Below are positions 36,001 through 45,597 of a DNA stretch of 64,000 nucleotides, in pieces. The stretch comes from Bacillota bacterium (GTDB lineage: Bacteria; Bacillota; Dethiobacteria; Dethiobacterales; Dethiobacteraceae). How positions within the stretch are numbered: position 1 is the stretch's first letter; each line of letters opens with the position of its first letter. The notes under the pieces are model-generated. The model made no database searches, had not been told where the DNA came from, and saw only the letters and a list, made by a program, of their open reading frames with translations. Position numbers and translations under genes: made by a program. The stretch lies in NCBI GenBank assembly GCA_012522335.1, contig JAAYKP010000043.1, forward strand, positions 1,151 through 65,150. Direction: 5' to 3'.

Positions 36001-38068
36001 GCTTGCTCACCATCCCCACAGATTCTATGGCCACGCCCGGCACAACCTCATTAAAGGAAAGAACGACTAAACCGGGCATAAATCTTTCTGACAGCCGCTT
36101 CAAAGGCAGACGGATGCGGGAGGAAGTCAGCACCAGCGGTGTATACCCCTGCATCACTATTTTATCGGCAAAGACGGCAAGTTCATTAAACAGCCTCTGC
36201 GCCGTCTGCGGCTGCAGTACGGGAAAAGCGCCATGTGCCGTTGTCTGTATCGACTCGGCAATTTTTTGTTCTACCACGGCGGCCAGGGAAATCACACGCA
36301 GTTTGCCGTTGTCCGTGTACAAATTGCAGATCGTCCGTGCTAAAGCCTGGCGCACATATTCTGTCAGCGCATCCAGCTCGCGGGTTACCCGCGCATAGTC
36401 GGCCAGGGTTTCGAAAATCGTCACTAAATCGCGGATTGGTACCCGTTCCCGCAGCAGGTTCTGCAGTACTTTTTGGATCTCCCCCAGCGTCAGCAGTTCC
36501 GGCACCAGCTCCTCCACCACTGCCGGCTGCTTTTCTTTCACTAACTCCAGCAGATCTTTAATTTCCTGCCTGCCCAACAGTTCATGAGCATATTTTTTAA
36601 TTGTTTCTGTCAGATGGGTTATCAACACCGTAGTAGCGTCAACCACCGTGTAACCGGAGATTTCCGCCTTTTCCCTTTCCTCGGCCCCAATCCAGATAGC
36701 CGGCAGACCAAAAGTAGGTTCTGTGGTAAGATAGCCGTTTAGATCGGGCATTTCCTCGTCCAGCGGGTTCATCGCCAAAAAGTGACCCGGGCGCAGTTCC
36801 CCTGCTGCAATTTCATTACCCTTCAATTTTAAACGGTAGGTGTTGGGCGGCAGCTGGAGATTGTCACGAATCCGGATCGGCTGTACTACAATACCCAATT
36901 CCAGTGCACACTGCCGGCGGCAGACGGTGATGCGTTCTAATAAATCGCCTCCCTGTGCCTGGTCAGTCAGACTGATCAGATTGTAACCGATCTCAATCTC
37001 AAAGGGTTCCACCACTAACAAATCCAGTACATTCTCCACAGCTGCCGGTTTTTCTGACGCTTGCCGGGCTGACTGCTGTTCAGCCAGTTCTTTTTCTTTC
37101 TGCTCTGTCAACAGCAGGTAGGCAGCCGCAGCTGCCGCCAGTGCCAGTAAAAAGAAAGGGAAGAAAGGAATTTGCGGCACGATACTCAGCAGCAGCAAAA
37201 TCCCGGCCGCCAGCATCATCACCCGGGGAAAGCCGAAGAGCTGTCTGGAAACGTCCTGGCCAAAACTGTTTACTGTCGCACTGCGTGTTACCAACATCCC
37301 GGCGGCGGTAGAAACCATTAGAGACGGGATCTGGGAGACTAAACCATCCCCTACCGTCAGCAGGATAAAACGCTCAATCGCCTCCTGGAAGGGCAGGCCC
37401 AGCTGTGTCATCCCTACAATAAAGCCGCCAATAATGTTAATGAACACAATGATGATGCCGGCAATGGCGTCACCGCGCACAAATTTATTGGCACCGTCCA
37501 TGGCCCCGTAAAAATCTGCCTCGGCCTGCAGGATCTCACGCCGGCGGCGTGCCTCCTGTTCAGTAATCAGACCGGCATTAAAATCTGCGTCTATGCTCAT
37601 CTGCTTACCCGGCATGGCATCCAGGGTAAAACGTGCCGCTACTTCTGCCACCCGGCCTGAACCATTAGTAATAACCACAAACTGAATGATCGTGATAATA
37701 AGAAAGATAATCAGTCCCACCACATAGTTATTGCCGGTAACAAAGCTGCCGAAGGCATGAATCAGACTGCCGGCCTCCCCGCGGCTCAAAATCAAACGCG
37801 TCGAAGAAATATTTAAAGCAAGGCGGAAAAGCGTTACCACCAGCAGCAGGGAAGGAAAAACGGAAAATTGCAAGACATTGGTGGTAAAGAGCGTTAGAAT
37901 CAAGACTATTAAAGATAGGGCAATGGATATAGTTAAAAGCAGATCTAGAAGCAGGGGGGGCAGGGGAATGATAATAATCAAAATAATTGCTACCACAGCT
38001 GCCGCCACGATCATATCTGAATTCTGCATCATATTCTGCCAGTTTTGGCGGAGTGAAAATCGTGCCAT
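35990..38068 (-). CDS. flhA: flagellar type III export apparatus protein FlhA
   Basis: 692 aa. N-terminal multi-TM domain with the FHIPEP signature region (SRGEAGSLIHAFGSFV) and a large cytoplasmic domain. Confidence 0.95.
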   Translation of the reverse strand: MARFSLRQNWQNMMQNSDMIVAAAVVAIILIIIIPLPPLLLDLLLTISIALSLIVLILTLFTTNVLQFSVFPSLLLVVTLFRLALNISSTRLILSRGEAGSLIHAFGSFVTGNNYVVGLIIFLIITIIQFVVITNGSGRVAEVAARFTLDAMPGKQMSIDADFNAGLITEQEARRRREILQAEADFYGAMDGANKFVRGDAIAGIIIVFINIIGGFIVGMTQLGLPFQEAIERFILLTVGDGLVSQIPSLMVSTAAGMLVTRSATVNSFGQDVSRQLFGFPRVMMLAAGILLLLSIVPQIPFFPFFLLALAAAAAAYLLLTEQKEKELAEQQSARQASEKPAAVENVLDLLVVEPFEIEIGYNLISLTDQAQGGDLLERITVCRRQCALELGIVVQPIRIRDNLQLPPNTYRLKLKGNEIAAGELRPGHFLAMNPLDEEMPDLNGYLTTEPTFGLPAIWIGAEEREKAEISGYTVVDATTVLITHLTETIKKYAHELLGRQEIKDLLELVKEKQPAVVEELVPELLTLGEIQKVLQNLLRERVPIRDLVTIFETLADYARVTRELDALTEYVRQALARTICNLYTDNGKLRVISLAAVVEQKIAESIQTTAHGAFPVLQPQTAQRLFNELAVFADKIVMQGYTPLVLTSSRIRLPLKRLSERFMPGLVVLSFNEVVPGVAIESVGMVSKLED

Positions 38069-38098
38069 GTCGGATGTCCTTTCGCCAGTAATAACTGT

Positions 38099-39277
38099 TT
38101 AAAGCTGACCATGCCGGGCTTGGTAAACAAGGGCCAAAATCTCTGCCACAGCCTGGTATAATTCCACCGGAATAATCTCGCCCAGTTCTACCTGCTCATA
38201 AAGCAGGCGGGCAACCTCTTTATTTTGAATCACCGGCACCCCATGCTCCTCAGCGCGCTCACGAATGCGCTTGGCGATATAACCGGCGCCCTTAGCCACC
38301 ACGACCGGGGCGGTATCCTCCCCTTCACGGTAGCGCAAAGCTACGGCCAGCCGGGTAGGGTTAGTTATCAGCACCGCCGCGCTGGGAATATCCTGCAGCA
38401 TTTTCTGCAGGGCCAGTTTGCGCTGCGTTTCCCGAATCCTCGCTTTAAGCTGCGGATCACCTTCCAGCTGCTTGAGCTCTTCCTTAATTTCCTGCCTGCT
38501 CATGCGCAGACTTTTGTTGTATTCATAACGCTGATAAAAATAATCCGCCAGAGCCAGCGCCAAGAAAGTAAGGGCAATGCGTAAAGCCAGGCCTAAGGCC
38601 AGTGACCGCACCGTCTCCCACATCCCCGGAGCATCCTGGTATAAAACCAGGAACAGTTTTTCCAGGTTAGCGCGGATAAACTGCCAGGCAGCCAAGCCCA
38701 CCAGCACTACTTTAATGAGCGCTTTTATCAGTTCCACCAGGGCATGTTTGGAAAACATGCGCTGCAGCCCGCTGACGGGGTTGAGGCGGCTTAACTGCAG
38801 GGTCACCGGGACAGAGAGGAAACCGACCTGCAGGAAATTACTGCCCACGGCAGTCACCATCACCACCAGAAAAAGCGGTGCCAGGATGAAGAAAAAATCG
38901 CTTATGACCATCACCATCAGGTCAGTCACACTGCCGCTGACTAAACTAAAGTCGTGCATTTGTAAATAGCGCTGCAGCATCCGGCAGCAGTAATCCCAGG
39001 TTTGAGTACTGGAAGTATAAAATAAAATAACCAGGGCTAATAAATTGAAGGCTGAATTTAATTCAGTTGACTTGACAACCTGTCCCTTTTTTCTTGCTTC
39101 TTCCTTACGCCGTGGTGTAGGTTCTTCCGTTTTATCACTGTCAGCAAACAGCTGTAAATTAAACCTGTTTACGGCTGCTGCAGCAGCTGCAGCAGTAATG
39201 TCAGATTTTCCTGGATCAGTGTAAAAACTCTCGTCAGCAGCGGAGTCAGATACGGATAGCTGAGATAAACAGCACAC
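38099..39277 (-). CDS. flhB: flagellar export switch protein FlhB (start uncertain)
   Basis: Homology starts at ..NLQLFADSDKTEEPTPRRKEEARKKGQ, and the NPTR autocleavage motif (ITNPTRLAVAL) is present. The only in-frame start is GTG 39277, 109 nt inside fliR. Confidence 0.82.
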   Translation of the reverse strand: MCCLSQLSVSDSAADESFYTDPGKSDITAAAAAAAVNRFNLQLFADSDKTEEPTPRRKEEARKKGQVVKSTELNSAFNLLALVILFYTSSTQTWDYCCRMLQRYLQMHDFSLVSGSVTDLMVMVISDFFFILAPLFLVVMVTAVGSNFLQVGFLSVPVTLQLSRLNPVSGLQRMFSKHALVELIKALIKVVLVGLAAWQFIRANLEKLFLVLYQDAPGMWETVRSLALGLALRIALTFLALALADYFYQRYEYNKSLRMSRQEIKEELKQLEGDPQLKARIRETQRKLALQKMLQDIPSAAVLITNPTRLAVALRYREGEDTAPVVVAKGAGYIAKRIRERAEEHGVPVIQNKEVARLLYEQVELGEIIPVELYQAVAEILALVYQARHGQL

Positions 39278-39939
39278 AGGGCAATCCCCACCTTTAAGGG
39301 CATCCCCACCATCAAAACATTAAGTTGAGGAACCGTTTTTGATAATAAGCCAAGCACTAAATCACAAAAAATCAGCACAATAACCACCGGCGCCGCCAGC
39401 TGCAGGGCAAGCATGATCATTTGCGCAAAGAAAGCGGTAAAGGCAGAAAAGAGGGCGGGCTGAAAAACAATGCCGCCCGGCGGCACCACCGCCACTGTAC
39501 GAGCCAGGGCCAAAAACAGCTGATGATGGGCATCAAGGGTGAAGAAGACCAGGGACGCCAACAGGTAATAATACTGGCCAAAAATCGTCACCTGGCCGGT
39601 AAACATGGGATCAAAAACGCTGGACATGGCCAAGCCTGCCTGCAGATCTATTAACTGTCCGGCGATGCGCACTGCTGAAAATACCAGCAGCACCAGGTAA
39701 CCTAAGGCCAAACCAAACATTGCTTCTGCCGCCACTGCCAGCAGGTAAGGGAGAAAATGCTGAGGCAGAGCCAGAGGCTGAGGCGCCGCCGCAAGGTAGA
39801 TCAGATAAGTAAGCAAAGCGGCAAAACCTATCTTTGTCAGAAGCGGAGTGCCGCGCCAGTTAAAAAAGGGCAGCACCACCATCAGGGCAGTAAAACGGAC
39901 CAATAATAAGAAGTAGCTTGCTCCCTGCGCTGCTAACAT
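39169..39939 (-). CDS. fliR: flagellar export apparatus protein FliR
   Basis: 256 aa from ATG 39939 (AAAGGAAG 5 nt upstream, 12 nt after the fliQ stop). Multi-pass membrane protein. Confidence 0.88.
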   Translation of the reverse strand: MLAAQGASYFLLLVRFTALMVVLPFFNWRGTPLLTKIGFAALLTYLIYLAAAPQPLALPQHFLPYLLAVAAEAMFGLALGYLVLLVFSAVRIAGQLIDLQAGLAMSSVFDPMFTGQVTIFGQYYYLLASLVFFTLDAHHQLFLALARTVAVVPPGGIVFQPALFSAFTAFFAQMIMLALQLAAPVVIVLIFCDLVLGLLSKTVPQLNVLMVGMPLKVGIALCAVYLSYPYLTPLLTRVFTLIQENLTLLLQLLQQP

Positions 39940-39950
39940 TGTTCTTCCTT

Positions 39951-40217
39951 TCAGCTGAGGGAGGACATCTCGGTAAATAATTTGATGGTAATAGCCATTA
40001 ACATCTTCAGCATCCAATTGCCAAAAAAGAGCATGCTGACTAAAATAGCCACCAGTTTAGGCACAAAGGTTAATGTTTGCTCCTGAATCTGCGTAGTAGC
40101 CTGAAAAATACTTATCCCTAAGCCCACCAACAAGCTTAAGATTAAGATAGGTGCGGCTACCGTCAGCGTTGTGAAAATAGCCTCCCTGGCAATGGCCAGG
40201 ACATACTCTTGTGACAT
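39951..40217 (-). CDS. fliQ: flagellar export apparatus protein FliQ
   Basis: 88 aa, two TM. ISIFQATTQIQEQTLTFVPK motif. Confidence 0.92.
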   Translation of the reverse strand: MSQEYVLAIAREAIFTTLTVAAPILILSLLVGLGISIFQATTQIQEQTLTFVPKLVAILVSMLFFGNWMLKMLMAITIKLFTEMSSLS

Positions 40218-40230
40218 AGCATCCTCCCGT

Positions 40231-41010
40231 CTAACTAAAACTCTCGACTACAGATTTAATCACCAAATGCCAGCCGTCTACCATCACAAACAGCAGCAGC
40301 TTAAAGGGCAGCGAAACCATCACCGGCGGCAGCATAAACATACCCATGGACATTAAAGTACTGGCCACCACCATATCGACAATCAAAAAAGGAATAAATA
40401 ACATAAAACCCATTTGAAAAGCAGTTTTTAATTCCGAAATCACAAAGGCCGGGATTAAAACATTCAGGGGAACATCCTGACGGGTTTGCGGTCGTTCTGC
40501 CTGAGCAATATTGATAAAGAGTGCCAAATCTTTTTCCCGCGTATAGCGAAACATAAACTCCCGCAGCGGCTCCGCCCCCAGCTTTAAAGCTTCCTCCTGT
40601 GTAATCTCTTCCTGCAGATAGGGCTCAATTGCTGTCGTGTTAATCTGGCGGTAGACAGGCGACATAATAAAAATTGTCAGTAAGAGGGCCAGACCGATTA
40701 AAACCTGGTTTGGCGGTACCTGCTGTGTGGCCAGCGCACTGCGCAGAAAAGAAAGCACCACCACAATCCGGGTAAAGGAAGTCATTAAGACAAGTATGGC
40801 CGGTACCAGTGTTAACACAGTTAACAACAGCAGCAGCTGCAGGGAACCGACCACCTCCTGTGGTTCAGTGGCCGTTCCCAGATTTATATTGAGATTGGGG
40901 AGCGGCAGCGGGGCAGCCGCAGCCCGGCCGGGCAGCAGCACCAGTAAAACTGTCAGCAGCAGTAATACTTGTCCCACGGTTAATCTGAATTTAAGTCCGT
41001 TATTCTTCAT
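40231..41010 (-). CDS. fliP: flagellar export apparatus protein FliP
   Basis: 259 aa from ATG 41010 (AGGTGA 5 nt upstream; the ORF track start lies inside fliO). Signal peptide plus MTSFTRIVVVLSFLR and FMLPPVMVSLPFKLLLFV motifs. Confidence 0.92.
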   Translation of the reverse strand: MKNNGLKFRLTVGQVLLLLTVLLVLLPGRAAAAPLPLPNLNINLGTATEPQEVVGSLQLLLLLTVLTLVPAILVLMTSFTRIVVVLSFLRSALATQQVPPNQVLIGLALLLTIFIMSPVYRQINTTAIEPYLQEEITQEEALKLGAEPLREFMFRYTREKDLALFINIAQAERPQTRQDVPLNVLIPAFVISELKTAFQMGFMLFIPFLIVDMVVASTLMSMGMFMLPPVMVSLPFKLLLFVMVDGWHLVIKSVVESFS

Positions 41011-41365
41011 GCTTATCACCTGTCTGCCAGGGAAAGACGGCCTTTGTTTTGCTGCGCTGCAGAATGCTGCTGAAAGCGGCAGCGGCCCCTGCTTCTGCCT
41101 GCTGCAGATCAGCAGCATCAATTTCCGTCAGGTAGGCTATCGTTGTCGGTGTCAGGCCGACGACAAAATAACGGCTGCCTGCTTTCACCAGGTAGAGTGA
41201 GCTGCGGGGAGCCAGGGCTAAACGTTCAATTACCTCCAGCCGGCGGCTCTGCAGCATACTACCGTGCTGCAGGTACGGCAGCAGGTAACGCACCGTACCG
41301 TAAGCCAGGACTAAAACTAAAGCCAGACTGCCGAAAAGCTTTAAGTAAACCAGCACGTACTCCAT
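41000..41365 (-). CDS. fliO: flagellar biosynthesis protein FliO/FliZ
   Basis: 121 aa. Single N-terminal TM, then the RRLEVIERLALAPRSSLYLVKAGSRYFVVG motif. Position upstream of fliP. Confidence 0.75.
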   Translation of the reverse strand: MEYVLVYLKLFGSLALVLVLAYGTVRYLLPYLQHGSMLQSRRLEVIERLALAPRSSLYLVKAGSRYFVVGLTPTTIAYLTEIDAADLQQAEAGAAAAFSSILQRSKTKAVFPWQTGDKHEE

Positions 41366-41369
41366 CTTG

Positions 41370-41810
41370 TTAATCCTCTTCCTGCCTCAGCCGGGGATGC
41401 ACATTAAAATCCGCCACCCGGCAGCCAATATCTTCGTTAATCACTATCACTTCTGCTGCTGCCAGCGGCCTGTCGTTGACACACAGCAGGGCATTCTCAC
41501 CGGCTGCCGTGTCAAGTTTAATAATTGAGCCCTCCTGCAGCTGTAAGATTTCCTTCACCGTCAACGTGGCCTTGCCTAACTCTAAAGAAAGCTTAACCGG
41601 TACAGCTCCGAAAAAAGCTAAATCTCTTTGTTTACCGCCGGGGGGCTGAGGTGTCAGTTCGGGAAAAGTTATTTTTTCAATGGTATGTGCAGGCACGGCG
41701 GCCGCCGCGGCTGACCCTGAGGCCGCGGCCTCCGGCGCGGCAGTGTCTGCTGCCTGCAGGCGGCTTACCAGTTCTTCAATTTCCGCTTGCGACATCTTAT
41801 TGCTGCTCAT
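41370..41810 (-). CDS. FliN-like SpoA-domain protein (third paralogue)
   Basis: 146 aa. N-terminal MSQAEIEELV peptide, an Ala/Pro linker, and a C-terminal SpoA domain (VKLSLELGKATLTVKEILQLQEGSIIKLD..CVNDRPLAAAEVIVIN). Confidence 0.8.
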   Translation of the reverse strand: MSSNKMSQAEIEELVSRLQAADTAAPEAAASGSAAAAAVPAHTIEKITFPELTPQPPGGKQRDLAFFGAVPVKLSLELGKATLTVKEILQLQEGSIIKLDTAAGENALLCVNDRPLAAAEVIVINEDIGCRVADFNVHPRLRQEED

Positions 41811-41819
41811 CAGATCCTC

Positions 41820-42305
41820 CTACTGCACTAAAAATTCCGTAAAAAATATTTCTTTGACTTCCCCACGGGTCAGCACCTCATTGACGGCTGTCAGCAGTTC
41901 TGTGCGCAGTGCCGCCAAACCGTCTTCCTGGGCCAAATCATGGGCACGCCAACGGCGCAAAACTGTAATGGTTAAATCCCGCAGCTGTGCCTGGCGCTGT
42001 TCCAGTTCGGCCAAAAGTTTTTTCTCCCGGTAGGCCAGCACCACCCCGGCCTTCAAATAACGGCGCTGGCTGCTGTCATTTAAGTTAACGGTAAAACCTT
42101 CCGGTCCGAATAATTCGTAATAGCCGTCTTCCCGGGCAGCCCGGGCAGGCGGAAAGGTAAAGAAGGGATGACCACTGCCCAGATTGTAGCTGCCTAAGCA
42201 GAGGACTAAAGCTGCCAGCAGGACAGCGCTTACCGCCAGAATTTTAGGCCAACTGCTGCTTCTTTTACCATCATTTGCTTTCTTCTCCTGTGCTGCCAAG
42301 CTCAT
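41820..42305 (-). CDS. fliL: flagellar basal-body-associated protein FliL
   Basis: 161 aa. N-terminal TM, then FTVNLNDSSQRRYLKAGVVL...EIFFTEFLVQ. Confidence 0.85.
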   Translation of the reverse strand: MSLAAQEKKANDGKRSSSWPKILAVSAVLLAALVLCLGSYNLGSGHPFFTFPPARAAREDGYYELFGPEGFTVNLNDSSQRRYLKAGVVLAYREKKLLAELEQRQAQLRDLTITVLRRWRAHDLAQEDGLAALRTELLTAVNEVLTRGEVKEIFFTEFLVQ

Positions 42306-43035
42306 CTGCCCCCTTGTCCAGTAAATTTACCTCGGAAATTACAATATTGACACGACGATTGCGGGCCCGTCCGGCTGCTGTGTCATTAGGAGCAACAGGC
42401 TGGTATTCCCCGTAACCGGTTGCGATAAAACGTTCAGGAGCTATATGCTGCGTCTCAATGAAATAACGGACGACATGAACCGCCCGGTCTACTGATAATT
42501 CCCAGTTGGAGGGATAGCGTGCCGTCTTGATCGGTACATTGTCAGTATGACCTTCCACGATAATTTGGTTAGGGACACTTTTGAGGATGCCGCTCACTTT
42601 CGCCAGCAGCTGCCGTGCGTCTTCCCTGATTTCCGCCCGGCCGGAATCAAATAAAATACGATCTTCAATCTCCAGCACGATGCCGCGCTCTTCGATCCGC
42701 GGTCTGATATAGCCGTCCATGCCTTCTTCCCGCAAATACTGCCTGACCGCCTCATAGGTGATCACTATCTGCTCTATTTGCCCCGGCTCCGGCACAGCGC
42801 CTTCATCTTCTTCAGGCAGCGGCTGCCGGTCCAAAATGCCTTCACCGCCGAGGAAAGAACTTTGAATGGAGGTAAGCACCTGCTGGAAGCGCTGCACATC
42901 AAGCACGGAATAAGCATAGAGCAGGATAAAAAAGGCCAGCAAAAGTGTCACCATATCACTATAGGTGATCATCCATTCCGGCGCACCGCCGCTTTGCTCC
43001 TGCTTCGCCATCTGCCGTCGTTTACGCATGATCAT
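42271..43035 (-). CDS. motB: flagellar stator protein MotB (OmpA-like C-terminus)
   Basis: 254 aa. Plug/TM region with the conserved Asp (WMITYSDMVTLLLAFF) and an OmpA-like domain (VEGHTDNVPI..NWELSVDRA..NRRV). Confidence 0.9.
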   Translation of the reverse strand: MIMRKRRQMAKQEQSGGAPEWMITYSDMVTLLLAFFILLYAYSVLDVQRFQQVLTSIQSSFLGGEGILDRQPLPEEDEGAVPEPGQIEQIVITYEAVRQYLREEGMDGYIRPRIEERGIVLEIEDRILFDSGRAEIREDARQLLAKVSGILKSVPNQIIVEGHTDNVPIKTARYPSNWELSVDRAVHVVRYFIETQHIAPERFIATGYGEYQPVAPNDTAAGRARNRRVNIVISEVNLLDKGADELGSTGEESK

Positions 43036-43855
43036 ACACCATTTCGTCCTGCTCCTCTGCCGCGGCTAACTGCTGCTCCATTTCCGCACGCTCCTCCGGT
43101 GAAGCAAAGGCCTTCAGTTTTTCCTGCAGCACCCGGGGGTTAGTCCCGGCCTGCAGGGCCAGCACTCCCTCAATCACGGCTTCCTTTAGAGCAACTTCCG
43201 CCTCACTGCGGATGGCAAGTTTGCCGGCCATGGGGATAAAGAGCAAATTTGCCAGCAGAGCACCATAAAAGGTTGTAATCAGTGCCACGGCCATACCCGG
43301 GCCAATACGGCTGGGATCATCCAAGTGGGCCAGCATCTGAATTAAGCCAATTAAAGTACCGATCATGCCAAAAGCCGGTGCTAATGTTCCCCAGGCGCGG
43401 AAAACATCCTGCCCCAGTTTATGACGGCCGGCAATGGTATCAAGCTCCGTTTCCATAATGTCACGGATAACTTCCGGCTCCAAACCGTCAATCACCAGCT
43501 GCAGGCCATTAACTAAAAAGGGATCATCCAGATCTGCCAAATTATCCTCTAACGCCAGTAAACCTTCCCGGCGTGCTTTTTGCCCTAAGCGCACAAACAG
43601 ATTAATAATGTCACTAATTTCAGCCACATCATCCATAAAAGCCTGTTTGGTAACCTGCAGCACCATTTTTACTTGTGGGATTTGAAAATTGACCAGGAGG
43701 GCGGCAAAGGAACCGCCCACCGTAATCATCAAACTGGAGGGACTCCAGAAGACAGCCAAACTGCCTTCCATGGCAATGGCACCGATCACCAGTCCCAGTC
43801 CCAGCACAATACCCAGAATCGTCAAAATATCCATCCGCTGCTGCATTTTCCTCAC
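43022..43855 (-). CDS. motA: flagellar stator protein MotA
   Basis: 277 aa, four TM. PAFGMIGTLIGLI and ALITTFYGALLANLLFIP motifs. Confidence 0.9.
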   Translation of the reverse strand: MRKMQQRMDILTILGIVLGLGLVIGAIAMEGSLAVFWSPSSLMITVGGSFAALLVNFQIPQVKMVLQVTKQAFMDDVAEISDIINLFVRLGQKARREGLLALEDNLADLDDPFLVNGLQLVIDGLEPEVIRDIMETELDTIAGRHKLGQDVFRAWGTLAPAFGMIGTLIGLIQMLAHLDDPSRIGPGMAVALITTFYGALLANLLFIPMAGKLAIRSEAEVALKEAVIEGVLALQAGTNPRVLQEKLKAFASPEERAEMEQQLAAAEEQDEMVYDHA

Positions 43856-43885
43856 CTCGCGTTCTTCCGCAGCTGCAGCATACTG

Positions 43886-45127
43886 TTACCGCTTCAAGTT
43901 AACTACTTCCTGCAGCAATTCATCAGAGGTGGTGATCACCCGCGAATTGGCCTGATAGGCACGGGAGGTAGTAATCATTTCGGTAAACTCATAGGACAAG
44001 TCAACATTGGACATTTCCAGCGAAGATGTTTCAATGGTACCGCGGCTGTCTTCCCCGGCAGCGCCAATATTGGGCTCTCCGGAGTTGGCGGAAACGGCAT
44101 ATAAATTACCGGACGCCTTCGTTAAACCTTCGGGATTGGCAAAGCTGGCCAGGGCAATTTGTCCCAAATCTCTGACCATCCCATTGGTATAAATGCCGCT
44201 GATGATACCTGTTTTCCCCACCATATAGCTCTCTAACACACCTACGGGGAAACCGTCCTGTGTATCCATTCTGGCATTGCTCTTGCCCACTTTTTGTGAC
44301 AGAGAGGAAAAATCAAGGGAAATCTGCAGATCTTCCGCGCCCCCCGGCAGGCCGGTAATGCTAATCTGTGAAGCAGCAGCCGGTACAAAACTGCCGTTAG
44401 CCGTAAAGCGGAGTTCTGCGCCCAGACCGGTAAGGGTGATGCCCGGAACTAAATCACCGGCGGCAGACCGCAGTTCGGCCCCGCTCAAATTCCACTCATT
44501 GTCTGCCGTTTTGGTAAAAGTCAGGTTGAGGCTGTAGGCTCTGCCCTGTGAATCGTAGATTAATGCTTCCGTCACATGCCCTGCCGCTTCAGCATCTAAA
44601 TTACCGCTGAACTTCATCTGCCCTGTCGCCCGGGATACAACTTTTTCCCCTAAAGGTATATTTAGTGTCGTCAGGGGAGTATTGGTATCAATGGTACCGT
44701 CAGCATCTGCCTGCCAGCCTAAAAGCTTTAAGCCGTTGGCAGAGTTGACCAAATCACGGTCAATGCCGAGGGAAAAGGCACCGTCCCGCGTAAAATAGCT
44801 ATTGAAGCCGTCTGTAACGACAAAATATCCGCTGCCCTGAATAACCATGTCATCGGGATTTCCTGTATACTGGGGACTTCCCTGTGTATGCAGCGTATCA
44901 ATGGCGCTAATGGTCACGCCCATGCCCACCTGGGAAGCATTAGTTCCCCCGCGTCCGTTCATGGGAGCACTGGCCCCCCGGATCATCTGACTGTACACAT
45001 CCTGAAAGCGGACACGGCTGCTTTTAAAGCCGATGGTATTAACATTGGCAATATTGTTACCAATAACATCAAGTTTTGTCTGGTGATTGCGCAATCCGGT
45101 TACGCCGGAAAATAAAGATCTTTGCAT
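43886..45127 (-). CDS. flgE: flagellar hook protein FlgE
   Basis: 413 aa. N-terminal SGVTGLRNHQTKLDVIGNNIANVNTIGFK and C-terminal LEMSNVDLSYEFTEMITTSRAYQANSRVI. Confidence 0.92.
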   Translation of the reverse strand: MQRSLFSGVTGLRNHQTKLDVIGNNIANVNTIGFKSSRVRFQDVYSQMIRGASAPMNGRGGTNASQVGMGVTISAIDTLHTQGSPQYTGNPDDMVIQGSGYFVVTDGFNSYFTRDGAFSLGIDRDLVNSANGLKLLGWQADADGTIDTNTPLTTLNIPLGEKVVSRATGQMKFSGNLDAEAAGHVTEALIYDSQGRAYSLNLTFTKTADNEWNLSGAELRSAAGDLVPGITLTGLGAELRFTANGSFVPAAASQISITGLPGGAEDLQISLDFSSLSQKVGKSNARMDTQDGFPVGVLESYMVGKTGIISGIYTNGMVRDLGQIALASFANPEGLTKASGNLYAVSANSGEPNIGAAGEDSRGTIETSSLEMSNVDLSYEFTEMITTSRAYQANSRVITTSDELLQEVVNLKR

Positions 45128-45204
45128 TTTTTAACCTCCTTGTCTGGCGGCAGACCGCTTCTGTCCATCCACGGTCTGTGGCTTCCTCACTGAGGTCCGG
45201 CCAC

Positions 45205-45597
45205 TTACTTAATCATTACCGCGCTGTCAATATTAGTAAAAACACGATCCTGCAGATCATCACCCTTAACGGCTGTAATAATGGTATTATTTTTCACGCT
45301 GGCCACAAAGGCAATATCCTGATAGAGCAGCAGTGAGGACTGCGACCCTTTTTCCCTTGCTGCCTGCAGCGCCCGGGAAAGTTTTGTCACATCCTGCGGC
45401 GCCAGTTCTATCTGCCGCTCCTGCAGACGCTGCAGGACATGGGCAGAAAATTTTAGCGGCTGCGGTGCCGACAGCTGCTGCTGCAGCACTTGGGCAAAAG
45501 GCACCTCAGCTTTTGCGGCAGCTTCCTGTTTTACGCTTTTCCGCGCTGCTGCCGGTAAAGCAGGCGGGTATAAAGGCCGGTTAACTTTCATCGTCAC
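45205..45597 (-). CDS. flagellar operon protein of unknown function (TIGR02530-like, between flgD and flgE)
   Basis: 130 aa. FSAHVLQRLQERQIEL...AFVASVKNNTIITAV pattern and a conserved position in clostridial fla operons. Confidence 0.65.
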   Translation of the reverse strand: MTMKVNRPLYPPALPAAARKSVKQEAAAKAEVPFAQVLQQQLSAPQPLKFSAHVLQRLQERQIELAPQDVTKLSRALQAAREKGSQSSLLLYQDIAFVASVKNNTIITAVKGDDLQDRVFTNIDSAVMIK

